Under the pieces are notes generated by a model, which saw only the letters and a program-made list of their open reading frames with translations, did no database searches and was not told the DNA's origin. A stretch of DNA of 64,000 nt from assembly GCA_964016885.1 (NCBI GenBank), contig OZ024743.1, forward strand, positions 268,584,001 through 268,648,000, given 5' to 3'. The translations under genes and the position numbers were made by a program. This document shows, piece by piece, positions 13,142-27,035 of this stretch (the stretch's first letter is position 1; each line of letters begins with the position of its first letter). The stretch comes from Eledone cirrhosa. Lineage: Eukaryota.

Positions 13142-13699
13142 AGGAAAGAGATATTTATTTAATAATATCTCATATAAAATAATACAACCAGCTATCCACG
13201 AAATACTGATTAGTTAGCACCCAAACACTAAATTGGTATAATACTTAGGTATATCCTAATGTTTGTTGAGTGAGATGGAGTTGGTCGGAGTATCGCTTAA
13301 GGCTTTCTCTGTTTATGTATTGTATATATATATATATATATTAATATGTGTGTGTGTGTGTGTATTTGAGCGTGTGTGTGTGGTGTGTTTGCGTATGCGT
13401 GCGTGTGTGTGTGTGCATTAATGTTTTGTCTCTCCCCTCTTGCCCCAGTGGGCAGTGTTTGCCTTATGTAGACGCTGTGACTCAGGGTGAACCAGCAGGA
13501 CCATTTGTAGGGGTCGAAATTGTCAAACTCGATCTCAACAGCTGATGAGCATGAAGTTCTGTGTCGTTCGTTTGTATTTTTACTTTTTTAAATAGTTTTT
13601 AATCTCTCCTGTTAAAAAATATTTTTTCGTTTTCTTTTGTATCCGTTCGTTGTCCTGTCCTCTGTTTGTTATTTTTTCAAGTTTATATATATATATATT

Positions 13700-14041
<342 letters not shown>

Positions 14042-14124
14042 ATATATATATACTAATAAACCTTTGTTTGTTCTGCCTCTCTGTTTTGTTCCCGTTCCAT
14101 TTTTTATTATATATATATATATAT

Positions 14125-14658
14125 ATATGAAAAAGTAAGTCCTTCATCAGTGGCCTTCCAACCGTCCTAGGCATTTCATCGCTTTAAAGGCCATATACCT
14201 CAGGTTGGTGCGAACAACGGCTAAAAAAAGTCGTTGGGATACGTAAATAAAGGGGACGCTAGGGTGAACAAACAAAATGGTTTAAGCGTTTACCGAATTC
14301 GCAGACCAGACCCCTTCTTCTTCCCCCCGTTAGACCTGTGCGAAATTCCTTCCTTGCTCACATTTCAACCAGGTTTGATGGTCTTTATTCTCTCGTTCAC
14401 GATTTCACCGAGTTTATATTCATAGAAATCTGGGACTTGTCTCTTTCTTCTCACTTTCTGTTGCTTAAACCATTTTGCTTGTTCACCCTAGCGTCCCCTT
14501 TAGTTACGTGTCCCAACGACTTTTTTTAGTCGTTGTTCGCACCAACCTGAGGTATATGGCCTTTAAAGCGATGAAATGCCTAGGACGGTTGGAAGGCCAC
14601 TGATGAAGGACTTACTTTTTCATATGTAACCCATTTGCAACGCCGCAGCTCCATTATT

Positions 14659-14662
<4 letters not shown>
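14125..14662 (+). mobile_element. Short element family F3 with 163-bp inverted duplication
   Basis: 14125-14287 is the near-perfect reverse complement of 14463-14625. The body 14288-14662 has a second copy at 56168-56540. (TA)n flanks. Confidence 0.85.
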
Positions 14663-14706
<44 letters not shown>

Positions 14707-15526
14707 CACAGAGTCGTTATTAGTTTGAGTTACTATATGATAAAAGTGCTCCATACTCCATTGTGTTGACACTGTGTAGCGTTTTAGATATCCTACTCGT
14801 ATGTAATCTAAACAGGAATACATATCCCAATCGAATGGTGTATAGTTCCTCGGTAAACATCAGCCTTCTCAATTCACTGATGTGCGCAATCGAGTGGAAT
14901 GCCGATGAAATGAATCTTGGTCTACATATTTCAATACTTTTTCATTCGCACATTACTGATATATATGTATGTGCGTATGTGTGTACGTGTATCAATGTAT
15001 ATATCTATGTAAGTATGTATGTTATATATATATATAAGTGTGTGTGTGTGTGTGTGCGTGTGTACCAGTATCGATATATATATATATATGTAAGTATGTA
15101 TGTTATATATATATATAGATATATGTGTGTGGTGGGGGGAGTTTGTGTATGTGTGTGTATAAGTATATCCGTTACTATAAAGGAACGCACGGATGAGTGC
15201 TCGATACCATAGTAGAGAAAATCGATGATAATGAACGACTGAATCAATCAATCTTAATCAACCATATATAGGTATTACAGATTTCATTCGGAATTGAATA
15301 CGGCTGATATGTTTTATGTGTCCATGGATTCAAAGGAACATACAGGATCTATGAAAGACTGAGTGAACCGCTAGGAAATTTAAACTTAGAGAGACCAGCA
15401 ACAAATATACCACATTCTAAAGACTCTGTCACACCAAAGTGATATAACAGTGCATACATACATAGATGTATACATACATATATACATAGATGAATATATA
15501 CATACATAGATAAATACATACATACA

Positions 15527-15560
<34 letters not shown>

Positions 15561-15635
15561 GATGTATACATACATACGTACATAGATGTATACATACATA
15601 CATGTATACATACATACATACGTATATACATACAT

Positions 15636-15928
15636 AGTGGCTGCCCCCTCGTTATCGATTATGGCCATTACACGATAAACCATTATTAATAATTATTAAT
15701 TAATTCTATCGTGCAATGCCTGTGCGTGAAGATATTTTTTAATGTGAGGAAAGACTGTGCACTGAGCCAATCCCACTCTCTGGGCGACAGTAGCCATAAC
15801 CTGAAAAGAAGAAAAAATCAACATCATCGGTAACTACTTGAGCCGCAGGTTTTATATCGGAGTTATCGCAGTTTCCTGAGTTGCCTTCTAGAAGAATGCC
15901 CCGACAAAGGCTAGGGGTCCTTCACTCC
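15636..15928 (-). mobile_element. Diverged RTE-derived short element in (CATA)n
   Basis: Shares GTGGCTGCC, GCAATGCCTGTGC, CCCACTCTCT, TCAACATCAT and GACAAAGGCTA blocks, in order, with the 21271-24358 copies. Confidence 0.65.
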
Positions 15929-15990
15929 CATACATACATACATACATACATACATACATACATACATACATACATACATACATACATACA

Positions 15991-18900
15991 TTCATTCCAT
16001 CAGTCAACGCGATCAGTCGCATATTTTGGCGTGGGAGACTATTAAATTTAAGATGAATACTATCTCCGACAGTAATGCCACAACTACAGCCAGGTTGAAT
16101 AACTGGTTATTCTTAAAACTATCCCTTCTGAAGACACCTTTAATTCGAATTCGTAGAGATATCCGACTAAATACATAATTAATTTTACAAGGATTTGCTA
16201 CAAACAGCATGGCTGAACACAATATCAACAAGAAAATTAAGGAAGTATCGAAGACAAATAACAAAGAAGGTAATCAAACTTTATTCAGTTGTAGCTACAG
16301 AAGAAACCGAAATTATAAATCGCATTTCTCTTGGAGTTGCGAACTTAATAATGATTTATTTAATTGTTATAAAATGGCAAAAAACAATCCCTCCATTGGC
16401 TATATGAATAGAATGAAGCTACACTGGGACGAAATGCACCCAGAGCTAAATTATTTCACAGCGAAACAATTACGCCAACAAGCGATGTTTGTTGAACGTA
16501 AAAATAAGATTATTAATTGTAAGTCCCCCCCACAACAAACATGGAATCAACAACACGTGCTACAGATCGCCATGCTACTAGACTTCCTAGCAGCCAGATC
16601 GAACAGCGCCTTGAAACAACTATGCCTGTACCATCTAAGTCTACCTTGAATGCTGGGGAAAACACTATCGATAATAATAATAATCGAAGAAATAATAATA
16701 ATAATCGAATAAATGTGACACCACGTATACCATCCGAGTCTACCTCGACTGTTGTGGAAAATACTATCGATAATGATAATCAAAAGTATAAACAATTGAA
16801 AATTTCCCTCAACGAAATCTTCCAGAGAGAAATTAATTCATGTATAAATATCTCACTGGCTGAACGTGTTAAAATGACAATGGTGAATAAAAAAACAAAT
16901 AATGAAATACTACGTGTTATTGACGAAATAAGGGATGAATATTTAAGACGGATAAAAACCCCAACATTTTGGCAAATCAACGCCTGTTTATATGCCTTAG
17001 CAATGACAGTGAAGCATTATCTTGGTGATAGCAGAGATATTAACAAGAACAAAACACCACCAAAAATACTATCATATATAACTAAAATAGAAAAAAAGAG
17101 TGCAGACCTACGAAAAAACATAGGACATGTGATAATGCTCCTTACATGCACACAAACACAAAAAAAACTCACTCCTCACCAACAAAGAGTGACAAATAAA
17201 ATAGAGACGATGTTTGGTAACAGTAGAACCAGAACTTTCCAATATAAGCTGATCATCCTCAAACAAGAATTGAGAGCTGTTAGCGAAAAACGCCGATACC
17301 TGAAGAAGGTAGATGAGAGAAAAATGCTTAATAAAAGATTCAGACAAAACCAAACATCAGTCTATAGAGATATGAAGGGCAAAATAATAAGTGTCACTGA
17401 GGCCCCATCCCAGAAAGACATAGATTCCTTTTGGAGAAAAATATGGGGTGAAAAGAAGAATTTCAACCAAGATGCAGTGTGGCTAAGAGAAATCCGAAAG
17501 AACTATTGCTCCTACACTACAACAAAAACATACGAAATAAGTGAGGGTACCCTTGAGACTGTGATAAGAAAACTCCAAGATAAGAAAACACCAGGAAGAG
17601 ACATGATTGTCGGCTACTGGTACAAAAAACTAATATTCTATCGGAGGTATCTTACTGACCTCTACCAACAAGTTCTTAAGGGAGATACACTTATACCAGA
17701 ATGGTTGACATTAGCACAAACGTTACTGGTCCCCAAGAACAAAGACACCCACTTGGCAAAAACTACCGACCCATTGCATTCCAGAACCTGATGTATAAGA
17801 TGTATACATCCTGCCTCAACCTATTCCTCCAAGATCACTGTGAAAATAATAACATCATCACAGATGAACAAGCAGCTGGAAAGAAAAGGGTTTGGGGATG
17901 TGCTGAACAACTCCTAATCAACAAAACTCCGATGTCGGAGGTGCGACAACTTAGGAGGAATATGACTAGTCTGGCTGGACTACAAGAAAGCTTTCGATTC
18001 TGTTCCCCACTCTTGGATGATAGAGGCCCTCCAACTTGCTAAAGTCCCAGACATTATTGTCAGAGCCATAGAGAGGCTGTCTTCTTCTTGGGCTACTATC
18101 CTAAGGTTAAAGACAGAGAGCGAGGACTCTATTTTCACTGATAAAATAAAATATTGCAGGGGTATATTTCAGAGGACAGTCTCTCAGTGATATTGTTCAT
18201 CTTGTCATTAAACCCCTTGTCCTTTCTGCTCAAGAAATGTGATGGATACATCATTGGCTCATAGGAGGACAGAAATACGAACCTAACCCATAGCTTCTTT
18301 GTGGACGATCTGAAACTCTATGCCAAGAACATGGATGGGATGAAGAAAAATCTTGACCTGGTTACAACGTTCTCAAAGGATATAGGAATGGAGTTTGGCC
18401 AAGATAAATGCTCATACATGACTGTAAAGCGGGGAAAAACAACACAATCTAGCAACATTGTCATCAACGGTCTAACTGTTTCACCGATATCTGATGAGGA
18501 CTGCTACAGATACCTGGGGATAGATGAGAACCTATCCTATAATGGTGTCTGTAATAAAGAACGCGTAACCAGGGAATACTACACCCGATTAAGAAAGATC
18601 TGGTCATCGGAACTCTCTGCGCAAAACAAAACAGTGGCTCACAATGTGTTTGCTGTGCCTGTCCTAACACAAACGTTTGGAATACTCAATTGGACGATAG
18701 ATGAAAGCCGAGCAGTTGATGTTGGAACTCGAAAAATACTGAACAACACCGGAAACTTCCACATCAACAGTGACATAGACCGCCTTTACTTGAAACGTAA
18801 GCAGGGAGACAGAGGCCTAACATCAGTCCAGACAACATTTGAATGTTGCATCATATCTCTCCGACAACATCTACGAACCTCGAAGCGTAGGAGCCCGCTT

Positions 18901-20095
18901 CTCGAGCAAGTTTATCTGCATGAAACAGATAAGATCATGAGAGTTGGGAAGGAACTCCTTGAGAGATATTCCCTGTGTGATAATCAAAAACTCACACCCA
19001 GGGATGTCGCTCAGCAGTATCGCAGTGAATCCATGTATGAAAAACTGCATGCCTATCAGCAAAAAATCATGCATGGATATGTTGCCAGGAAGCTCCAGAG
19101 TGAGAGTAATATAGATAAGGAAATTAGTCTATCTTGGACCAACAACCGCTATATTGGCTCCCACTTTGAAGGATACGCTTTTGCGATCCAAGAACAGGAG
19201 ATTAGCACGAAATACCTGATTCACAAAAGAGATAGGGATTCAGGCAAAACACCTAGATGTGATAACATGTGCAGACTCTGCAGAACTAACATCGAGGATA
19301 TCACCCATGTCATCAGCAGCTGCCCAAAGATGTCATCGCGGTACTATCTACCTATGAGGCATGATGTAGTGGCCAAAACACTGTACAATGCAGTTCGTAA
19401 AAAAGATAGCCCCGATAATAAACACAGTAAAAGCTACAACAATGTGGAAGACATCCATGTACATAATATGAAAGAGTACTGGTGGAATGTTCCAGTAAAA
19501 ACCCCAATAAAATGCAGGCATAACAGACCAGATATTATGATATGGGACAGGGAGTAGAAAACATGCACAGTAGTGGAAATTAGCTGCCCAGCAGATGCCA
19601 ATATAATATCAAAGATTAGTGAAACGGAGAATATTTATGCAGAACTGATGAGAAATCTGCAGATACTCCACCCTGATTACACCTTCAGATTTATGCCTGC
19701 GATTATTGGGGCACTGGGATATGTTAGTAACTGCCTCAATACAAATCTTGAGAAGCTAGACTTCACAGGAACAGAAAGAACACAACTAGTTATGAAATTA
19801 CAAGTACAATCCGTTAATGGAACAGTAAAAATATGTAAAACATTCCAAATGTTTTGCATCTAATAACTGCATATACACATGTACAGATACAAAGCATATA
19901 CACATGCACACATACAACTCAAAACATACACATCCACACATACAATAACATCCATATCTATACATGCATGCAGACATACATACATATCTACCTAGATGAT
20001 GTTGTGTAAATTCCAATGAGATAGTCTTGTGTCTATGTTAGAAACCGACTCTCTCTCTATTGGTAAAACTTTGTGAAATTATAAAACCAGAAGAA
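15991..20095 (+). mobile_element. Near full-length R4/Dong-like non-LTR retrotransposon inserted in (CATA)n
   Basis: About 4.1 kb bounded by (CATA)n at 15929-15990 and 20096-20168. One decayed ORF with RT, CCHC knuckle and REL endonuclease. Confidence 0.9.
16209..19863 (+). pseudogene. RT + restriction-like endonuclease polyprotein (frameshifts and stops)
   Basis: Motifs KKTPGRD, NYRPIA, WLDYKKAFDSVPHSW, FFVDDLKLYA, YRYLGI, CRLC-x8-HVISSC, RHD, RPDIMIWD...VEISCP and PAIIGALG. Confidence 0.9.
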
Positions 20096-20399
20096 CATAC
20101 ATACATACATACATACATACATACATACATACATACATACATACATACACACATACATACATACATACACATGTTTGGATTGGTTTTCGCTTCTTTATCT
20201 TTTACATCTCCATAGTTAATTTATTTGGCAATCAATGTTTATCATTGATTGACCAACGGTGAAAATTACAGATATAAATATATATATATTCTATCAAAGT
20301 TCGTGTGTGATATCTGTGACATCATCAGTGGTACTATTATGTTTCCTCTCGTTGTATTGTAATGTCTACGCCATTTTCATTTATATATCTGTAGCCACA

Positions 20400-21216
20400 A
20401 ATCTTAAAGGGGTTAAACTATATTAAAAGATTCACATGGAGTTCCGACAGATTCATAGCATCCCTCCTTAAACGATATCTCCATGGAAGCCAGGAACAAG
20501 AAATCCACACCACGTACCTACTGCACAAAAGAGGAAGGACATCTGTTGACAACAAGTGTAGGCTTTTGCATACAAAAAGTGAAGATGTTAGCCACATTAT
20601 TGCCATTCTTGTGAAAGAATATCTTCTCGTTACTACCTCCGCATGAAGAATGATGTGATAGCTAGAAGGATCTATATGCATTACAGAAAACGAAGATCAA
20701 ATAAAATAGGGATTAATATATTACAAGTACAAACCGTTAATGGAACAGTAAAAGGAAAACTGGTGAAACCTAAAAAGAAAAACTATCACAAATTTAATGC
20801 TCAACCAGCCTGATATTGTTGTTTGGAACCACACATTAAAAACATGCTCCGGTGTAAAGGTCAGCTGCCCACTTCATGTCAATGTGATGAGAAAAATGCA
20901 TGAGTAGGATAAGGAGTTTGCAGATTCAGCATCCGAAATACACGTTCAGCCTCATCCCAGTCATTATTGGAGCTCCAGGTTATATAATAACCCACCAGGA
21001 CCAAAGTATAACTGAGCTTGTATTTATGGAAAAAAACTCCCTTAATTCATAAGATGCAACTAGTTGCGATATCTGGAACCTGAAAAATCTGTAAAACATT
21101 GTTATGATTTAAAAGATGATCGCTTACACAAGAGACGACAACAATTTATTTTCTTTCAACCATGCCACCGGGAGGGTGGCCGGTCAAAAATGTAAGGAAA
21201 ATTATGAGAAAGGGAC
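20400..21216 (+). mobile_element. Older degenerate R4-like 3' fragment
   Basis: Relic motifs CRLL...EDVSHII, NQPDIVVWN...VSCP and LIPVIIGAPGY. The 3' UTR TGCCACCGGGAGGGTGGCCGGTCAAAAATGTA matches 22634-22664. Confidence 0.65.
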
Positions 21217-21270
21217 AATATACATACATATATATATATTTCTGCATACATACATATATACATACATACA

Positions 21271-24200
21271 TGGTGGCTGCCAACTCGTTTTCGAGGACGG
21301 GCACTACATTATATCCATGTAGGAGAACCCCTACCGATGCGCAAACAAGTGTGACGTTTTAGTCCAGCCAGCGACTTGAAAACTCTGGTACAAACACTAC
21401 ACCTGTGACAATTATTGACACATCGAGCTGGGCCCATGGTACCATGTGACAAGTGCAGAGAGATCTCCAGATATAATGCAATGCCTGTGCGGTGAAGCTT
21501 TTATAGTGAGCAAAGGCACTGCACAAATCCAGTCCCACTCTCTTAACCAAGATGATATTTACTAAAAAGAAGAACAAGTCAACATCATTGGATACCATCA
21601 GGGTTGCAGGTGTTATATCAGAGTTTTCCTTCTCCTAGAATTCTGCCTTGACAAAGGCTAAGGAGTCATCTCTCCCGGATATATATATATATATATATAT
21701 ATACATACATACATACATACACATATATATACATGGTGGCTGCCAACTCATTTTCGAGTACGGCCACTACTTTATATCAATGTAGGAGAACCCCCACCGA
21801 TGCGCTGAACGAGTGTGACTTTTTAGTCCAGCCAGCGACTTGAAAACTCTGATACAAACACTACACTTGTGACAATTATTGACACATAGTGCTGGGCCCA
21901 TGGTACCATGTAACGACAAGTGCAGAGTGATCTCCAGATATAAAGCAATGCCTGTGCCGTTATGCTTTTATAGTGAGCAAAGGCACTGCACAAAGCCAGT
22001 CCCACTCTCTTAACCAAGATGATATTTACCAAAAAGAAGAACAAGTCAACATCATTGGATACCATCAGGGTTGCAGGTGTTATATCAGAGTTTTCCTTCT
22101 CCTAGAATGCTGCCTTGACAAAGGCTAAGGGGTCATCTCTCACAGTGATTTTGGATGGCCATTGACTTTTAAGAGCTCCTTTCCCCTTTGACAGGTTTTG
22201 ATTTTAGTCCTGCAGGATGTCCAAAGTCACCCTCCTCACCAAGAAACCTTGGTGGGGTTGACAGTTTAGTCGCCAACGACCCGACCATGGGACAGGTTGT
22301 ACTGGAATGCATGTTACCAGTAGTACCAACTGGTGACCTGACATACATACATACATACATACATACATACATACATGCATACATACATACATACATACAT
22401 ACATACATACAAATCCAGTATCCAAGATACACCTTTAGCTTCATACCCATCATTATTGCAGCTACGGGTTATACCAACCCGCTTGGACCAATGTATAACT
22501 GAACTTGGATTTGCGGACAAAGAGCGCTGCTCCCTAATTCATAGTCTACAAATGGCTGCGATAGTTGGCACCTTCAAGTTTGCAAAACATTCTTGCGATT
22601 CAAGGGATGACAATTTCTTTTTTTTTGCAACATTGCCACCAGGAAGGTGGCCGGTCAAAAATGTACTCGAAATTAAGAGAAAGAGAGGCACATACATACA
22701 TACATACATACATACATACATACATACATACATACATACATACATACATACATACATGGTGGCTGCCAACTCGTTTTCGAGTACGGCCACTACTTTATAT
22801 CCATGTAGGAGAACCCCTACCGATGCGCTGAACGGGTGTGACTTTTTAGTCCAGCCAGCGACTTGAAAACTCTGGTACAAACACTACACTTGTGACAATT
22901 ATTGACACATAGTGCTGGGCCCATGGTACCATGTGATGACAAGTGCAGAGAGATCTCCAGATATAAAGCAATGCCTGTGCCGTGAAGCTTTTATAGTGAG
23001 CAAAGGCACTGCACAAAGCCAGTCCCACTCTCTTAACCAAGATGATATTTACCAAAAAGAAGAACAAGTCAACATCATTGGATACCATCAGGGTTGCAGG
23101 TGTTATATCAGAGTTTTCCTTCTCCTAGAATTCTGCCTTGACAAAGGCTAAGGGGTCATCTCTCCCGGTGATTTTGGATGGCCATTGACTCTTAAGAGCT
23201 CCTTTGCCCTTTGACAGGTTTTGTTTTTAGTCCTGCAGGATGTCCAAAGTCACCCTCCTCACCAAGAAACCTTGGTGGGGTTGACAGTTTAGTCGCCAAC
23301 GACCCGACCATGGGACAGGTTGTACTGGAATGCATGTTACCAGTAGTACCAACTGGTGACCTGACATACATACATACATACATACATACATACATACATA
23401 CATACATACATACATACATACATACATGCATACATACATACATACATACATACATACAAATCCAGTATCCAAGATACACCTTTAGCTTCATACCCATCAT
23501 TATTGCAGCTACGGGTTATACCAACCCGCTTGGACCAATGTATAACTGAACTTGGATTTGCGGACAAAGAGCGCTGCTCCCTAATTCATAGTCTACAAAT
23601 GGCTGCGATAGTTGGCACCTTCAAGTTTGCAAAACATTCTTGCGATTCAAGGGATGACAATTTCTTTTTTTTTGCAACATTGCCACCAGGAAGGTGGCCG
23701 GTCAAAAATGTACTCGAAATTAAGAGAAAGAGAGGCACATACATACATACATACATACATACATACATACATACATACATACATACATACATACATACAT
23801 ACATGGTGGCTGCCAACTCGTTTTCGAGTACGGCCACTACTTTATATCCATGTAGGAGAACCCCTACCGATGCGCTGAACGGGTGTGACTTTTTAGTCCA
23901 GCCAGCGACTTGAAAACTCTGGTACAAACACTACACTTGTGACAATTATTGACACATAGTGCTGGGCCCATGGTACCATGTGATGACAAGTGCAGAGAGA
24001 TCTCCAGATATAAAGCAATGCCTGTGCCGTGAAGCTTTTATAGTGAGCAAAGGCACTGCACAAAGCCAGTCCCACTCTCTTAACCAAGATGATATTTACC
24101 AAAAAGAAGAACAAGTCAACATCATTGGATACCATCAGGGTTGCAGGTGTTATATCAGAGTTTTCCTTCTCCTAGAATTCTGCCTTAACAAAGGCTAAGG

Positions 24201-24358
24201 GGTCATCTCTCCCGGTGATTTTGGATGGCCATTGACTCTTAAGAGCTCCTTTGCCCTTTGACAGGTTTTGTTTTTAGTCCTGCAGGATGTTCAAAGTCAC
24301 CCTCTTCACCAAGAAACCTTGGTGGGGTTTACAGTTTAGTCGCCAACGACCCAACCAT
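21271..24358. repeat. Array of four RTE-derived short elements (minus) alternating with two R4-like 3' ends (plus), separated by (CATA)n; includes a 1047-bp tandem duplication
   Basis: Short elements at 21271-21678, 21734-22341, 22757-23364 and 23804-24358. R4-like ends at 22410-22690 and 23457-23737 (QIQYPRYTFSFIPIIIAATGY...). The offset is 1047 for both parts. Confidence 0.9.
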
Positions 24359-25204
24359 ACATACATACATACATACATACATACATACATACATACATAC
24401 ATACATACATACATACATACATACCTGTACATTCTTGATTTGGCAGTGCTACAAACGGGGTATTACCAGTTTGAGATAAGCTTTATATCAAACTTCAAAT
24501 TGCCAACAGCCGAACCCTGCCAGTGTCTACGCATTGCAGACTTGTAGACGTTTGTCGAACAGATACTATCACTTGTAGGACATATCCGGCTATCATCCAT
24601 GTCTAAATTCATATATGAGCCATCACTTGCTTTTTGCTGGTAATGGCGGCAAGTTTTCCTATGTCCTGTGGTTACGATGGCAGAAGTTGTGTTACGCACA
24701 CACCTAAAATATTTTAAGACAGATTTTTATCTGCAACCAAGCCCTCTTCAATATTTTTAAGTACCGCTTGATGAAGTTAAGAGTTGAAATGAAGATGCAC
24801 ACTTTTAGTCAGTTTATTGAAATATGATGGTGAGAGCAGTAAGATAAAGAAGGCAGCGTCCCCTACTCTCAAGATTGTCTTCTGTGAAGGAAGGAACCCG
24901 AAAGAAGTTCCAATATCCCTGATATGCCAGAATAATCTGGGATTTTGTGGTGTGTCTCCAAGGAATAACCCAGGATGTTTCACTAAATTTTGTGAAACTT
25001 ATGGTTGGAGTCTTTTGTTAGTTCTTTTTTTTTTTTGCTGTTATTATTACTATTTATTATCATGATTGTTGCTGTCATGTTTTCTGCTTTTTCTTTTTTT
25101 TTTTCTTTTTTATTCTCTTTCCCTTTGTTCGATAAAAACCTGACTTTGTGTTATTTTTCGTCTTTGCATGGTCCGAAACCTCGCAAAGCTCTAATGGCCA
25201 ACAA

Positions 25205-25449
25205 AAAAAGATCATCATCATCAGCAGCATAATGTTCATCATCATCATCACCATATCACCCCCTCCCTACTATGATGATCATCATCATCCCGAACATTAG
25301 CATAATATTAATCATCATCATCACCATATCAACCTCCACCATTACCATCATCATCATCTTCACAATCACAATCATCATCATCATCATCACCATCATCATC
25401 ATCATCGTTATTGTCGTCGTCGTTGTCGTTATTATTATTATTATTATTG
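25205..25449. repeat. (CAT)n/(ATT)n compound microsatellite
   Basis: Direct reading of the sequence. Confidence 0.9.
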
Positions 25450-25769
25450 GTCTAAGCGGACATATTTTGCTCGCTCACAGTAAGTCGCTTTATTTGCCTG
25501 TTAAAATTATTTGTTGTTAAATATTTATTGTTGTGTAAGGGATATAAGCCCTTAGACAAGCCCGTGGAGGGCCTTTTGGCCCAAATATTTGAACTTTTTT
25601 ACATGTTAACAAATTTACGAAGAAAAAAAGACATGGCTGAGCCACGCACCCCCAGCGATATGTCGGCTGTCGTGCGACAACGACGTAGAAGTTGAGAGGA
25701 GCACTACAGCGAAATTAACACACATTGATAACACAAACCCCACCACAAACAAGGTAAACAAAGACACCA

Positions 25770-27035
25770 ATGATACTAATGAGAACTCTAATTTTGAAAA
25801 AAATGACTAACTGCGACAACGAAAATACAGATAGCAAAAAAAAAAAAAAGAAATACAACAACATCAACACCACTAACATGAAAACAAATAGCGACAACAC
25901 CAACAGCAACAATACCAACTGCACCGAAAACAACGGTGGCAACAAAGACACCAATGATAACAGCGACAGTGCTAACAACAACACCAACAAGAACAACGAC
26001 AACAGCACCCCCAACGAAAACAAGAAGAACACTTTCGCTGCGGCAGCAGCAAAAAAGTGGCCATGCTTCAACATGGACCTCTCAAACAAAGATGAAAAGT
26101 TGGCCCAGGCATGGAAGCTCATCAAGCAAGAGCAAACCTGGGCCAACTTAACTGTCCCGGTAGAAGCTATTGAGGCAGTGGAGCGCAGAACGGTGCATTA
26201 TAGATGCATCTCAACACAAACCAAAAGGGCAGCTTTAATCCCACAAGAAGATGTCGAAGTCGCGCTGAGGTGCATCAGAGAAGACACCCAGTACATAGAG
26301 AGGGGCAGACAGTACGGCACCATTTCGGTGTTGTTCAAGTCAGAAGCCCTCGCTATGAAACACGCTATGACTCCTTGCAAAACAAGCAAGGTCATAATGT
26401 ACCCCTCCCACATGGGAAAAAGAACGGCCAGTCTCCGCATTCCCAGAATCGCAGCAGGACTTGACATGTGGTGGCTTCTGGGATGTGTGATTGTGGAGGG
26501 GACGGATACAGTCCCTATAGAAGTGACCAGAACGGCCAGAGAGGATTGATCCTGGGTTGACTTGGAGATCCTTCTCCAGATCAGGCTCGAGAATGTGAAG
26601 ACAATCCCGGACCACATCCGCCTTCAGAATGGGACGGTCATTCACATTATGACCGAAGGCAAAAGGCCGCAGTGTTTTGTTTGTGGGGAAGAAACCCATT
26701 TGCAAGCCTTCTGCCCTCAACTGCTGAAAGAGGCAAGGGGAGGACCACAACCAACACCGGCACGGGCAAAACCACCAACAACAACACCTATAGGAAGACC
26801 ACAACCAACATTGACCACCCAGGGGGGATACGAGGAAAGCTGTAAAATTCCACCTCCCCCCAAAAATACACACACCAATAAAACCATAAACATACATACA
26901 GACACACTTACAGATACAGATCCTTCATCTACCAGTAGTGAAAATGAGGGAAAATCAAAATCCCCCAAAATACAAAAAAGGAAACACAAAAAGAAAAACA
27001 AAACTCAACAAAGCACAAAAGCACCCACAATATAA
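25770..27035 (+). pseudogene. Tx1-like ORF1 (Gag-like, CCHC knuckle), interrupted by an in-frame stop at 26547-26549
   Basis: Asn/Thr-rich N-terminus, TFAAAA motif, CFVCGEETHLQAFCP zinc knuckle, Pro/Thr/Lys-rich tail. Confidence 0.8.

Noticed and set aside
13543-13560. Isolated CTGATGAG (also at about 38450)
   Set aside because: No properly placed stem II, GAAA or stem I partner; expected by chance.
22255-22341. HDV-like ribozyme at the 5' end of the RTE-derived element (minus)
   Set aside because: GTCG-TTGG-CGAC-TAA resembles P4/J4-2, but I could not assign consistent P1, P2 and P3 helices.
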